Part shown: positions 28,720 through 43,449 of the stretch, piece by piece
Layout of the letters: every line of letters starts with the position of its first letter
Position numbering within the stretch: position 1 is the first letter of the stretch
Assembly (NCBI RefSeq): GCF_009914755.1
Contig: NC_060931.1
Direction: 5' to 3' (one strand)
DNA: 64,000 bases
Source: the human T2T-CHM13v2.0 reference genome, Homo sapiens
Notes under the pieces: generated by a model
What the model was told of the DNA's origin: nothing
Database searches by the model: none
What the model saw: only the letters and a program-made list of their open reading frames with translations
Made by a program: the position numbers and the translations under genes

Positions 28720-29860
28720 TTGTGGAAGGGAAAGTTTAGATTTTATTATTATTTTTTAAAAAATTATTATAGATATATTTATTATTAAATTTTAGTCAAT
28801 TTTATTAATCTTTTGATCATGTGATTTTTCTATGTATTTTGCGAAATCCACAAAATGTATTCAAAATATATTTTCTTATATTTTCATCTAAAGAGTCTTG
28901 CTATATTTATAAAGTTTCTCAGTCCACCTGAAAATAACCTTTGTGTATGTCTTGAGGTATAGATCTAAAGGTATCTTTTTTCAAAATGAAGAGCCAATTG
29001 CCCAAACGATTGGGCACTTTATTTGTTTTCTAATAGACTAAGTTTCAACACAGAAGAGGGTCTTCTTTGGTGCTCTGTACTCTTTTCCTTTGGTCTATTT
29101 TTCTCTTCTACCAAGATATCATGTGGCTGTAATTGCAATGGATTTATATGGTGTGCTTATATCTGGTGTAATGTATCCTCGACTTACTTTTTCTCCTTTA
29201 AAAGTATCTTGGTTATTATTGTCCTGTATTGTTTTTGGAGTCAGCCAGTCAAGTTTTAAAAAACACGTAAACAGATGCAGGTGAACGTGTCCCCATGGGT
29301 GTGTGCTTGGTGGGAACTGCATCAAATTCATCACCTCACTTGGGGAGACTTCATCGCTTTACCATGCAGGTCTCACCACACCTCCCCATTTATAGACATC
29401 TTTAAAAATATTCTTCACTGATATCTTTATTTTTTCATAAAGTTATTACCCTTGTCTTAGTTGATGTATTCCTAGGTAACTGATAACTTTTGTTGATGTC
29501 AAATGAAATTGCTTTTTATAATTATGAATTGGGTACTGCTGATAGTTTTGTTTACTAGTCTTGTGTCCAGTTGAACTCTCTTATTTGTTATGACCTTTTA
29601 AAATGTAGATTTTTATAGGGTCAATAAAGAATGATGGTTTCCTTTTATTCCTGACCCATTGTTCCACATTTAGTTCATTTTCTTGCATTATTGCACAAGC
29701 CGGTAACTCTACCAGAGGTTGCATAGAAAGGGTACATAGAAAGGGCATATCTTTGCCTTGCTCCTACCTCCCAAAGGCAGTTTCTGAAGCTTCACTGTCA
29801 CATGTGGTGGCTGCTTTTTCTAGTCTATGATTTAGATGCTGCTTTTGCATCAACTTAGCT
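28720..29860 (-). mobile_element. Degraded L1M fragment
   Basis: T-rich sequence resembling antisense L1 ORF2. Confidence 0.55.
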
Positions 29861-29865
29861 GTGGA

Positions 29866-29935
29866 TTTTTTTTTTAATGAAGTTTCACTCTGTTCCCCAG
29901 CCTGGAGTGCAGTTGTGCAATCTTAGCTCCTGCAG
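29866..29935 (-). mobile_element. Alu 3' fragment
   Basis: Poly(T) followed by TTCACTCTGTTCCCCAGCCTGGAGTGCAGTTGTGCAATCTTAGCTC, then an abrupt end. Confidence 0.8.
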
Positions 29936-32199
29936 GCCTAAGTGCTCTCTATAAACCCCAAGTGCAGCAGGCGGGAGGAGACTCTGGCTATGCACAAAGT
30001 TTGCTGGTGGGAGGACAGAGCCAGGAACTCTGTGTGTGTCAGTAAAATGTTGGGGTGACAGTCACCTGGGGGGAAAGCCATCACAGAGGCACTGACATGA
30101 GCTGTGTGCATTGGGCAGTCTCTCCACCTCCAAGGGCCTCAGTGTCCTCTCAGGTGTGAGGGTCAGTGGTCCCCGTGGCCTACTGCCACATTCATTGAAA
30201 TGCTACATGTCCAGAATATGCTATTTATTGGGGGGATAAAGGGAAAGAAATATACTTTGCGCATATTTCATACGGAAGACAATAGTGATAATGCTTCAAT
30301 TAGTGCATTGGAGATGCCAGGTTGATTGTAAATGAAATTGTGCTGAGATCTCAGCTCTGCACCATAATTGCACTAAGTTTTTTGAATAGAAAACACTTTA
30401 TCAAAGTTGTGACTTAGTGAGGAGAGATTGCTAATGTTTTTTGCAATGGAGTCTGTTGCTTTATCACATCAAAGATTTTGTTACAAATGCATGCCAGGTG
30501 ACCTATGAAGTCATAAGCCTGCAGTAACTCACCTGGCTGGTGTAGAGGAGTGTAATTCTAACACGGCCATCCCTGTGGTAAGGGGAAAGGAAAACACTGA
30601 AAGGTTGCTTCTCTGTGAACAGAGTGGCTGTTTCCAGGTTTCTGACCCCAAGGACGTGGGTTCCAGTGGACACAGTGAGCCAGGCTGTGGGGTTACACAG
30701 CATGTACCATGATGATGGGGGTTCCTTCCTCTTAGGACTCAACAGGCCCAGGGCCCTCTGGAAGCACACTCTGGAAGCTGTCCTTCTGCTCTGTTGAGGG
30801 GTAAAGAGTTGGTGAATCACCCCCAACCCCTCTAGTCCTTACTCAGTTTCCATCTAACACTACAGATGGGGCCTCATTATACAGATGCAGAAACAGAGAC
30901 CCTGAGAGAGGTCTGGCCAGGCTGAGGCCCACAGTGAGTTCGTGATAAGGTAGGACCAGAGCCTGGGTCTCAGGCTCACGGTGCTCTCTGTGACCCCACT
31001 AGGTCAATCCTCTGTAACCTGCTTTAAGGGAAACAGGGTGGGGCCACACTCCCCGCAGCTCAGTCTGACCCTGTGGATCTGTGGCCTGAGAGTAGGACAC
31101 ATGCACCAGAATAGGTGATTCGGAGCCTGTGGTCCACTCTCAGCCTGTGTCCCCCACCCCACAGGCAGGGCCACTGCTTCCAGATTAAAGGAAAGGTGAG
31201 TTACTTAGCGCTCATTAACTCACGAAGTCAGAGGTAATCAAGACCAGATTGAACTTCCGTCCAATCGACTTAGGCACTCTCATGTTTAAAAATCCATATG
31301 GGGAAAATAATGCAAGAACGTAATTTTTTAAAAAGAATGTGGAAAAGTGGTGTAAAACTGTTAATTGTTCTTAATGTGAGCTGCAACTTTGGCCTCACTC
31401 TGGCTGCTCCGTGACGGATGCTGAATGGCGGTGGGGCTCCTTGGAGCTTGCTGAGGGTTCCCGCCTGTATCCACTTTCCCTCCAGTCACATTATTTTAAG
31501 AAGGGAAACTGCCCCCCATTCCCTGCCTCCCTGCTTCCTTTGTGGTCCTTGGGAAAAAGAAATTCCACGAAGAAACTAGTCTGTGCTGCTGGGGTAAGGA
31601 CAGTGTTTTCCCTGGAGGAGGCCACGCTGGAGGGACCACAGAGGCACTGCGGGCAGCTCACACCCTGCTCCAGTGTCCAGGTAATGGCCACAGGGTGAGC
31701 TTGGTTTTTCAAAATCTACTGAGCACTTTTCTGTAAGTACATGATATTTCAATGAAGCATTATGAAATTATATTATCAGAAGCCAAATTTGGTTTGTTTC
31801 CATTGGGTTTTCAAGGTCTATTTTATTCCTATCCTTTCCTTTTTCTTTACATTTTCTCCTCTTCTTTAACTAAAAAAACCTCTATAAGTTTGAAAGACTC
31901 TCAGGTCTTCAGGATAAAATGCGAATTGGTGCTTTAAGCTTTGTCCCTTCCTGCAGTGGGACTCACAGTCCCCTTTCAGAGACCTGCTTGGTCAAGGGTA
32001 GTTATGGGAGTTTAGCGTCAGCTTGGGCAGCCTTCCCTGCTTCATGAGCTGACCCACTAGGGGCAGGATCACATGAACACACGTCCTCATCTCTGACACC
32101 CTGAGACCTTAAGCAGCAAGTGCAAAGGGAGGACATCCTATGAGTCTCCCTCCTGTGGCCTCAGGTGGGAGGCCACAAGTATGCTCACAGCTCCCGCTC

Positions 32200-32620
32200 C
32201 TGGTGCCTGGCAGCTCAGACCGTAGCTACTTCTCTAGGATTTTTGCACCCAACTCACACTCTCTCCATCCAAGACTCAAACAGTGTCCCCCTGCCTTATG
32301 CCCGGTCACCCTGTTCTCTTCTGCGTCCAGCCTCAGTTGTTCCTCCTGACCCAGCCCCTGCTTCAGCCCAGGACCACCTGAAGCCTCCCCTCTGGGTTCC
32401 AGCACTTCCCTCCGTCATGATCTGCACTCCTGCTTTTTCTCGCATGATTTCCCCTCCTGCCACTCCTCACCATCTAAAACAGTGTTCACTTCTGTTTTGC
32501 TGTATTGTCTGGCTGTCCTGTATGTGTCTGAGCTCATGAGGGATATTGCATCCCTGTACCCAGGAGAGTGTCTGGCAGAGAGCAGGTGCTGCGCAAACAA
32601 GCAATACATGAGTAAGCAAG
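32200..32620 (+). mobile_element. L2 3' fragment
   Basis: GAGCTCATGAGGG...GTGTCTGGCAGAGAGCAGGTGCT, the L2 3'-terminal pattern. Confidence 0.5.
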
Positions 32621-34770
32621 TGAGCCAGAGAGTACAGGCAGTACCCATATGCCACAGCTTCCCATGCGGCTCTACTAGGAATCACTCTGCTCCACGGCCA
32701 AGGCCTCCCCTCCCTGTGTCGGTGTCCCCGGCTCCATGGCCAAGGTGTTGCCTCCTACTGAACGATTCTGAGATGCCTGAACAGCATGTGGTTAATCCCA
32801 GAGGAAAGTTTCACCGTTGGAATCCAGGCCCTGGCAGGAACTCAGAAGGGGGCCTTTGTCAGCTGCCCTCATCTCCCTTTGGTGAGAGAGCACATTAAAG
32901 GCCGAGAGTCCATCCATGAGAGCAGCGCCGGGCGACACACGTAACTGCTAAATGAATGAGTGAACAATGAACAAACTCTGGAGGCAGAGTCCTTAGGGGT
33001 TGGCCCGGTCTCCGAATTTCCCTGTGCCGTGAGTGCTGGCCCCCAAGAGGGTTCCGCTGGGCCTTCTCAGACCTCCTCAGGCTCAGCAGCGCCGGATCAT
33101 GACATCACCACTCATTCCCAGCTCTCCCTGGGATAGTCTCTCAAATGATTAGTGCCAACAATCCTTGACTCCAGCTCTGTTTCTTGTGTAATTCAAAATA
33201 AGCACAAACCTTAAAGTATATCTGATTATTGTCCCCATTTTAACAGGAGGAAACAAGCACAGACAGGTTTAGTTACCTGTCCAGGAGCACACAGTGAGCA
33301 TTGGCAGAGCCAACGTATTTTTCCCCAGTCTGACTCCAGAGCTGGGCCTCTACCCAGGGTGCCACACGCGGTGCAACGCGGTGGGGACAAGGGTCTCTTG
33401 TACAATGTGAGGATGGCTGGGGTGAGCCAGGCCCAACACACAGGCCACGTGGAGAGGCCCAATGCGAGGCCACAAGCTGGGGCATCTCCAAGGAAGATCA
33501 GCCCCAGACTCCATCCCTGTGCCTCCTGGTCTTCCCGGCCCTCCCCAGACACTCAAGGCATGGGAAGGCTGTGACTGACCATGGCAGGCTGGGTGCTGGG
33601 GGCCCAGGGCAGAGGTGGGGGCTGTACCTCCACACAGCCCCCATAGGCAGCAGCCTTGGAGATCTCTCCCTTAGCAGAGGCAGGGCTGTGTCCCTCCCTA
33701 CACACCCACACTTCTCTCTGGGCACACAGTGACTGGGCAGGCAGAGGGTCTCTTCCTCTTGCTGGCCATTCCTGGTATTTCCCCAGTGCCACTCTCCAAG
33801 CCTCTCTGCCTGGGTTTCAGAAGGGAGGATGGTGTTACCGCAGTCTGGAGGCCCCTGTGCCAAGGTCTTTCAGGACCCATAGGATCATCCTGGAGAAGAA
33901 TCGTCTGTGCACACACAGCCACATGGAGGCCAGATGACCCTGGGTTCAAGAGATGCCTCTAGGGATGCATCAATCTCCAACGATTTCCCAGTCGTTTCAG
34001 AGCCAGGATGAGAATCCAAATGCTTGTTTACTGCAGTGAGCTTTCAGTTTAGTTTCTTATTAAATATAACTATGCATAATAGGCAACCCCATTCCCACAC
34101 CAAAGCTGCAAGCATATTGCAAGTACCAGTTTATCTGTTGGGTAGGCAGAGGCGTTTAGCAGCATCATTTCAGAAGCGGAAGGAGAGTTTCCCCACACTA
34201 TCCTGCAGGAAGCTTGGCAGAAGCCCAGATGCACATCCTGGATGCTGCCCAGCATCATGGCAGGAAAACGGGTTCAGAGCCACAGGCTGAGGCCTGGGGG
34301 ACTTCACAGACAACTAGGACAGTTCTGACATTTGCTTCCCTCTTGACCACCTGCTTTGCCTGCTTTGCAAGGATGGACAGAGAACAGCACTAACATGCAT
34401 GAAAATGAACCACACCCTGTGGTGGTGTCCCACTTAGCTGGTGGGGTCTACGGTGAGAGAATCGGCATGTATGTGTCCTGGGCCAGCAGCTGTCCTCAGG
34501 ATGGACACTGAGGTCAGGTCCAGAGCAACTAATTGATGTCAGATCTGTGAGTTGCCTCTGATCAGCCAATCTGAGTAGCATGTTTATTAGAACATTTTTG
34601 CATTTGGGGGAACCAGAAGTGAGCTGATCTGCATATAGGCCAGGCTTTCTGCATAGGGCACAGCGTATGTGCAGGCAGGCTAGCTTATGTACAAACAGCC
34701 CACTATGTGTGACGTGGAACAGTCACTCTGCAAATAGAGCAGCTGTCCCCACATGGGCTACTACTTAGAC

Positions 34771-34990
34771 CAAGCTTCTCCAACCTGCAGTCTGCGGGCT
34801 GCGTGAAGCCAGACACAGCTTCGAATGGGACCCAACACAAAATCGTCACATTTCTTAAAACTATGAGAATTTCTTCACGATTTTTTTAGCTCATCATCAG
34901 CTATCATTAGTGTTAATGTATTTTATGTGTGGCTAAAGACACTTCTTCTTCCAATGTGGCTCAGGGAAGCCACAAGATTGGACACCCCTG
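34771..34990. mobile_element. MER30 (hAT-Charlie) element
   Basis: Termini CAAGCTTCTCCAAC / ATTGGACACCCCTG; degenerate 8-bp TSD of the NTCTAGAN type. Confidence 0.8.
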
Positions 34991-35221
34991 ATCTAGATGC
35001 AAGATGCTATTTTGGAAGATGGTGTTAGTGATAATTATTTCAATCCCTGGCAGGGGGGCCCTGAACAAGCTACTCCTCTCAGAGTTCCTGCAGTCTTCCT
35101 GGGGGTGGCACCTTCAGCTTGTTCTGTGCCCATCAGCGTTATCAGCCCAGTGCTTGGGCACCTGGAAGGCATCTCCTGTTCATTCCCGGCTGCCAGGGTG
35201 ACAGAGGCTTGTGTTTTGCGA

Positions 35222-35745
35222 TGTACCGATGGTTTATTTTAATTAGGTATGATAAGATGACAAACATGGAGACAGCTGTCTTGAAAGGAGAGTTTATTAC
35301 TTAAGGTTCCCAAGAGGAGGGGGCATGGCATACCAGGCAAGGCCATGCGGGAAAGCACCAGCTCAGCCGGGAGGCAGCAGGAGTGAGGGGTGAGCAGGCC
35401 CAGAGCCCTTATCGTGGGAAGGAGCTGGGGAGGTGTGGTGACCAGCTGAGCAGGCCTAGGGCTGGCGTTTCAGCAATTTTGGAGGGCTCTGGGCTCTAGT
35501 TGTCTGGTTCCTGGCCCTGGGTGATTCAGGGTAGGGAAATACTGGCCTGGGAGTGCAGGAGCCCATGTAGGAGGTGGCTGGAGCCAAGGGCTTGGATTGG
35601 GCGGTTTGCACATGAAAGGCACACTCACCAGGGAGTCCCCAGGAATTAGCTACCCCTGGGAGAGGCAGTTCCTTCTCTGGTCAGTGAGGCCCCAGGATGT
35701 CAGAGCATCATAAAATACAGAAATTAAAAAAATAGGATTAATACA
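35222..35745 (-). mobile_element. MER74-like LTR (ERV-L)
   Basis: Minus strand starts TGTATTAATCC...TTCTGTATTTTATGATGCTCTGACATCCTGGGGCC. Confidence 0.7.
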
Positions 35746-38700
35746 ACTTGGAGGAAGCATATGGGGTTTTGGGGATGCCGTTCAGACCTCACACTGGTCC
35801 AAGCCTTCTGCCTTCCTGGCACTTCTCCACCTCTCCACGCGGTGACAATGGGCAACAGAGACTGGGCCAGGCGGCACGCTTCTTCCCCCGCCCCCCTGAC
35901 CCCACCAGAAAACACCATTTGCCGTATGATCTCTGGGCAGTGGAGGTCGTACTGTGGGAGGGGCAGCTCTGTTCTTGAGCTCCTTCCACTGGGAGCCCTC
36001 AGGCTCAGAGCCCACGTCCCTCCCACCTCCCATCTCCATACCTTCTGTCATTATTTAAATGAGAGTATTATGCAAATGTAATGCAAAAATCGAGTTCAAC
36101 AAATCTGTTCTTACCCACACAGGGGCAGCTAATTTATGGAGCTCAGACTCAGTCTAGGTCCCTTCTTCGGGGTAATGCTGTTTTTGGAACCCCAGACAAA
36201 GTAACAGCAACTCCAAGATTTTCACAGAAGCTTCCTTTGATGACTCCAAGCTCCCCCAGACCCGGTGGAAACGCACACTCCTTGGCTAACGCTGCCATGG
36301 GAGTAGAACCCACCACAAGCCCCCTACACTCCACATGGGGAGAGCTGGGACCCATGCCCTACTGGCTAGAAAGTGGTCCATCCTGAGGGACCTGAGTCAA
36401 CAAGGATGCCGGGGCTGAGCCGGGCCCTGACGGGCACCCGGGACCTCATGGGGGAGCATCTGAGCAGGGCTGGGATGAATGAGGAGACACCAGCAAAGAG
36501 GATGTTGAGAACAATTCCTGGGGAGAAAATTGTGGTCTCATTACCTCATTCGAAGTGGCCTGATCTCAAGGAAGCAGGGAGCAGAGAAACATAATCGGAA
36601 CATCTCTGTGCATCAGGTTTTTGTACTGACCGTGAAGCACCAAGTGGAAGCAAGCCTCGCGCTGGGAGGACAAGGCTCTCGGCGTTTCCTTGTGGATTTA
36701 TTTGCTCAGCATGAGTGCCCTGTCAAGCCACCCAAGGGACAGAGCTTCTGGCTCAGGGACCACGGTTGGCTCAGCACAGGCAGCCTCTGGAGATGAGAGG
36801 GAACCAGTGGATACCCTTCTATCCCTGCTGGCCACGAGGGGTGGCAGTGTCCCAGGTAGAGGTACTTAATAAAGAGGTTGCTGGTTTTATTTTTCTCTAA
36901 ATTATTTTTCGAGGAGCTTTTCCATAAGCCCAGGCCCTGGGTTCACACCATCACTGGGGCAGAAGCCTCTTCCCTGCCTTGTCTGATGGGGTCTTTACAC
37001 CTTCCTCGGTCACTGATGCCAGGTGCTATTGTTCCTGCTCAGCCAATGTCTGGACTGAGTCCCGAGCCTCATTCCATGGGCAGTGGCTCTGTCTCCAGGT
37101 GGGGCACATGGAGGCCAAGTCCCAGGGCAGGGCCCACGGTGGGCCTGGTCTTACGGGTGGTGAGTCAGCTGGGCCGGCTGAGAGAGAAGAAAATGAGCGG
37201 AACCAGGAGCAAGACAGGTGGAGGATGGGCAGAAGACAGGGTGGCCTCCTCAGGTGGAGAGATCTTGAGGGCCATTTTTCATGCCACCTCCCTCCACAAA
37301 TCTGCCCACGGCTCCCGATAGCCATGCTCTCCAGCACCTGCCCTTTCAAACTCCAGGGCAAGCTCCAGATATCACCACACTGACCATCTAAAGGGAGCTT
37401 GGTTAGCAGTGAATACGTGCCCGTGACCCTGTGGGCTCGGGAGACCCCCATGGGGCTTTCCTGCTCCCTTGGGTAGGGGAGGCTCACGCCTGTGGGTCGG
37501 CACCAGTCTGCTTCTCATGTCCCTCCTCACCTCCCAGGCCCCTGGCCCCGGACAGGATAGGTAGAGGCATTTCCTCTTTTCTGCCTTGACTCACTTCACA
37601 GAGAGGGGCCTCCCCCACGTGCCTGGCCCCACTGCCAACCCACCACGTGCCGGCCTTGGAGTATGGGGGAATGTGCTTTGCTGCCATTTCTGAACCTGAG
37701 GGAGCTTATCTTTCTTCTGAGAGCCCTGTTCTAGGTAGGCAAGCTCCTGTATACTTTACTGCCATTTGTTCAAGTTCCAATTATGGAAGGGACCCTTAGT
37801 GAAAAGAGCTTGGTGCTGAGGTGTAATTCTCTGAGCACACTGGGCCTGAGAGCAGCCTTGCAATGACAGGGTTTTCCGGCTCGAAGGAGCCGTCCCCGAG
37901 TCCTTTCCACTGGTCTTGGAAGGGAAGAGTCTGTGTCTCGGCGACAGAGGGTGTCTTTGTGGATAAATGAGGCCTCTTTGTGCATGGCCTGCCCAACAGA
38001 GGCCAAGGCCGGACACATGCTGACCTTGGACACCTTCCATCTCTGGGGTCAGGGCTGGGACCAGAGGAGATGCCGAGGCCAAGACTAAAGCCCCCCAAAG
38101 GTCTTCTGGGCAACTCCCCGTTCAGGGCTAAAAGTCTCCCTGTGATCCCTCCCAGAGGGTTCTGCTTGCACCCCCAGGGCCAGGCACAGCCCCCACACTC
38201 TCCTCCTCCCCACACCAGTTCCTCTGCCACCCTCATGGGGCCTGACCACTCCCTGCAGCTTGGGGAGTCCAAAGCACTCCCTTCCCTGAGGGACAGGAGG
38301 GGCCCCTGAGCCAGGGCCCTCTAACAGCCATCCCGGGGCCTGGGGTCTGTGGAGGGGTCACGTCCTTGCTCCTTCCTTTCTGTGTTCCCACTTCTACGAG
38401 GAGAGGGGTGGAGACTCTTTCCAGCTCTCCAGGTCTACCTCCACACAGCCTTGGAGGGGCGTCCTGGGGGTAGATTACGAACAGGATGGGGCGCTGCTGT
38501 CTTTGTGGAAGCCCAGGCCTCCTCCTCGAAGGCCCTATGATCCCGTGTCTGACTTGTAGGTGTCCGTGTCCCCTTCCCCACCAGGCTGTTCACTCCTCAA
38601 GGGTACAGGTCCCCCCTCCAGCTCCTTTCTGGGACCCAGAGCTCACTTCAGGGCTCAGCACAAAGTAGATGGCCTGAGATAAGCAGACAAGTAGATGGCA

Positions 38701-41700
38701 CCGCTGCCAGGCCCACGGGGATCACAGGGCTGCCCACGTGCTCCACGAAACACACAGGCACTGACGTGATGGCAGAGCACCACCAGGGTCTTTCAGGAGG
38801 GGACTCAGAGTGCTGAACGACCCCACGCACGCAGTCGTGAGGAAAGAGCTGGGCCTGCTCAGCTCGTCCTACATGTGCAGAGAACACAGTGATCAGAGCT
38901 CCTGGCAGTGCCCACCTGTGGTCAGCCTGGGAGAAGGAGGCCTTGTCCTCGATGACAGTGGTTCATGTGCACTGCTGTTTCTGGAGTCAGCAGAAACAAA
39001 TCCATTCTTTAAGTAACGAACAGAGGCGCCTCTGCTACTTGACACAGAGCAATGCTAGGTGTCGGGTAGTCAGGGGCCAGGGCCTGGGTCTGGGGACTGC
39101 GGTGCCCGGTCTAAGACAGAGGCCAGGCTGGCCATATCAGCGAGCAGCAGAAGGCCCCCCAGAAAGCTGTCTCTGGTCCAGCGGCGAGGAGCCCCCACAG
39201 GTAGGAGCCACCAAGCGCAGTGACCGCGTGCTCTGCTCTCCAGCCCGTGACAGATCCGAGGGGCACTTTGCAAACTCTCCGAGGCCAGGAGACCATGCAT
39301 CCTCTTTACCTCCTGCCCTGGCCATGACTTCCATCATGCCCGATCTGACCCTCACCACTATCAGGCACCCTGAAAGGGAGCGTATTCGTGGATGGTAAAT
39401 GCTAGCCCCATGGGCAGGGGCTTCCTGGCCTGTGCCATGTGACCCTCCCTGACACAGCTGCCTGGACCTCAGCCAGGACTTTGGACTCGGGGAGCAGGTC
39501 ATCAGTCACACCCTTGGCAGGACCTGTCCTGGGAGCCCTCTGTGTGTGGGGAGCTGCCTCATTCCCCTGTGAACACAGTAGGGCATCATGGGGTACGACG
39601 GTGAGCACTGGAGCTACCCTGGGGGCTGGGCTCAGTCCTGAGGTCAGGCCCAACCTAAGCTGGGCAGCCTGGTGTCAGCTGCAAGAACCCTCTTCACCTT
39701 CCTCGTTCCTACATGACTTTCCGGTGTAGGCCATCGGGTGGGATGGGGTAAAAAAACACAGGCCCCATTCTACCCCTCTGCTGATCCACACATGGACATG
39801 TGTACACCCAGGCCTCCCTGCTCACAACCATGGCCAGGAAGGCAGGCTCCGGCCAGGGCTCTGAAATGCCAGGAGGGTATAGAGAAGACAGGTGGCCCTC
39901 TGCCCCTGCAGTCAGGCAGCACCTGCCCACTCCGAATGCTGCAGCCAGCTGGTTACAGTGTCTGTTACTCAGCTAGTGCGTTTGCCAGTGCTCTTCAGTG
40001 TCACCATCGTGGCAGCCTCTGTCATTGAGAACAGTTTAACACAGGAGAAAGAAGTTGCAGGGCCCTGCCCCGGTAGAGGTCTGTCTTCCCTGCCAGCTTT
40101 ACCCAGCGCGGCCGTGGGAACTGCAGGAACCAGGCTCCGAGGAGGATGCAGACTGACTGACCGCTGCTCCCCGGGGAAGAGCCGCTTTCTAGCACTTCCT
40201 TCCTCTTCCTGCAGCCCTCTCTTACCTTCCTGGGGTAGGGAAGGGATGCTGATGTGCTGAGATGGGGTTTTCTGCCTGTTAGAATTGCTGGGGAAAACAA
40301 CTTACTGTTTTAGCAAGGAAACAACATGCTTCATGGCAGCAAATTGTGTTTTCAGGGGCTCCAGAAAGATATCAGTCTGTTATAAAATAATCAGGCCAAT
40401 GCTCAGGACCCATCACTAAGGAATAAACCCGCAGCTCTCCACGAGGGGGCACAGCTAGCTTTCCTCTTCACCTCCAGAGGCTGAGGCATCTTGCTGGCTT
40501 GAGGCAGCCAGGCACCAGGTGGGAGCTGCAGTGCAGGGGCAGGCCTGGGGGCCTGATTATCGCAGGAGGAGAAATGCATAGTATGTTCATCCCCCCAGAG
40601 TGACGCTGGAGAAAAGAAGCCCCAGGTCTCTCCCTTGCCCCTCTATTCCCCACCAACCCAGCTGCCCCAGCAGAGGGACAAAGGCCTGGTGATGCCTCTG
40701 TCCTGGGGACAGTGAGTGATGGGAAGGGGGCCCAGCGGGTTTGTCACCACTGGGATCTGACACATGCAGACTCCCAGGTATCCAATAATAAGTCTCATGA
40801 CCAGCAGGGGCTAAGGGGTGTTGGGTGTGCGTTTCTGTGCTTGTGTGTGTGAATTCCAAGAATCTTTCTTAAATTCTGGACATCTAGGGGCCAGGGCTGT
40901 CACTTTCCACCATTTCTGAGAGCACAGACATGTGCACTGCCCCCTCCTCTCAGCCCCCCTCCCTTCTTCTTGCTCAGTGCTCCATACTCCCAGTCCCTTC
41001 AGTTCAGGCCTGGAGGAGTCGCCCCTCCTGGAACTGCTGAAGGGTGGGGAGGCAGCTTTCTGGACAGAGGAGCAGGCAGGGAGGGTGCTCCCCCTTGCAG
41101 GCTGTTCTGAAGGGTGGATTCTTCTTGCTGCTTCTTGGGAGACTGCATGCCCAAGGGAGCACAGCCATGCCAGCCTCACGTGACTCATCTGAAGTCACAG
41201 CCAGCTCTGTAACCTGCTCCGTTGTCGTGAGGCTTTGTCCTTGCTTTGTCCCCACCACTCTGAGCCTGTATGTCCTGCATGTTGCACACAGCTCAGCCTC
41301 ACTTGGGCCCCACTTCCCAGAGAAGCCAGGAGCAGACGTTCCTCTCAGAGCTCTCAGCGCCCGGTGGGGCAGGGCCCTTTAATCACGCCATGAAAGACAG
41401 CAAGGACATGAGTCTCTGCTTAGTTACTATCTAGGTCTCTGTGGTCCAGCCGGGGAAGGGGTGGAGGCAGCATGTTCCCTGCCGTGGCCAAACTAGGCCG
41501 CTGGGCCCCGGGTGCTGGCCTGCCAGGTGCTGTGGGGTCTGCCCCGTGCATCTTGTGCAGAGGCCCTCCCCAGGCCCCACTGGACCATGGCTAAAGCTGA
41601 GCTTTAACTCGTTTGTATAAAAGCAGATTTCAGGTGTACTAACTGAACAAGACGATGCTTTTAAAAATCAAGAGTGGCAACAAAAGAGCAAGGGGCCACG

Positions 41701-43449
41701 CCCCAAGGTCCCACCCGAACACCTCCCAGTAAGTGACGGCAACACAGGAGACTTAAGGGATTCAACGGACACGTCCTTTAGCCAAGATGTGGCATTTCTG
41801 TCTGTAATGTGAACACTTCCTTATATGATGGGGGTTAGTAAACATCCCCCATTCCTCAGGTGGGGACAGTCACATGCTTGCAGGAGGATTTTCCTATTAC
41901 GGGGCTGAGACCAGTGAGGCAATGATCTTGGAAGCTGCCATTAGTCACCATCTGGGCAAGCAGCTGTTACAGTGTGCAGTGTTACCCTTCAGCTCTGGGG
42001 TTCTTTGAGCCCTGCCGGCGTGTCCTTGCTGACCATCTCTGATTGGGGCCAGGCTGTGGGTGTTCCCGGCCATCAGAGCTGCCGGGGGACCCTGGAGAGC
42101 AGCTTTCCCAACTGTGTCATCATAGAGAAAAGGAAGCCGAGGCCACGGTCCACAGCTGGGGGCACAATCAGGTGAGAATTCTAATTCCTTGAGCCTTTCC
42201 CCACACTCTGGCCTGAACCAACCCTGCTGACTCGCTGGTGAAGTCCCCCCACCCTGACCGCCTCAGTTTCTCTCCCTGCTGTGCTGGTGCCCTGAGACGG
42301 GTCGCTGCTGCATTGAGTATAAGTGCTTCTGAGCACAGAGAGGACTTCCAAGCACTGTGCAGAATCACCAGCAACTTTCAGAAAACAGACAAATTGCTGG
42401 GGAAGCAGCATCATTCATGCCCTCTGGTTGAGGGAGGCTAGGGGCCATCCAGGGGTCTGGGGAGACTCGGGGATCCAGGCCCAGACAGAGCCTGTTCCCA
42501 GACAAAAACCATGGGTGGCACCCTTCACTCTCTCTTCCCATGGAAACTGCATCCAAAGCAAGAAACTTCCATTTGAGACCACACTGAACAAGAAAGGGCC
42601 ATTACATTTTATTCTGAAATGGCCCCTGGAGAAAGAATGGAAGCAAATTGCACAAGTGGGCATCCATCTCCTTCCACCCGGCCACGGTCACCGTGGTGCT
42701 CGGCCAGGCTCCTGGTGACGTGAGGCAAATCTCTCCGTTGGCAAACCAGCCCACACACTCCTTCCATTGGAGACGGTCACCCAGAGCTGGGAGAAGCACC
42801 AGGGCCCTGAGCCCGGCCTCTACAGGCACAATGAGTATCATTTTACATCTCTGACCACGTCTTATCTTCTCTCCAAGATGCGCTCTAACACTTGGTCAAA
42901 TTAACAGTAAACAGCGTCTTCCAAGCTGAAAACAAATGCATCTCACTTGACATTCCGCATCAGCACCATCCCTCACCTCAGCTGTGTGGGGACTGGACTC
43001 TTCAGACAGCAGTGCTGCTCAGAAGAGAGCGAAGGCAGTGGCCAGCCCCTCTCCTGCCTGTGCACTCGGGGAATCTGCCGGTTGTGAACTGGCCTGGCCA
43101 CAGAAGGCGCCTTCCTCTGCTCTGACCACGGTGGAGCGCGGGATCTCCTGGGATGGGCATTTCTCTTTTCCTGGGAGGTCATGGGGCATGAGCTGCACTG
43201 AGCAGCGGAGGGCCGGTGGGCTGAAGCCCTGCTCTTGATTTCACACACCTCTTCCAAGACTTTCAAAGTGCTCCTTTGAAACATCCTCCGAGCCCCACGC
43301 TGGCCTCAACCGGGGAAAGTGCTCTGCTACCCTCTCCAAGGACAATTGGTTCTTGGGAAGGTCTGCCCCACACTGGGCCAACCACGAACCTTCCTTGGGA
43401 ATTTCTGAATTAGAACCAACAGCCAAGGCTCATCCACCCCTGGGGTGAC

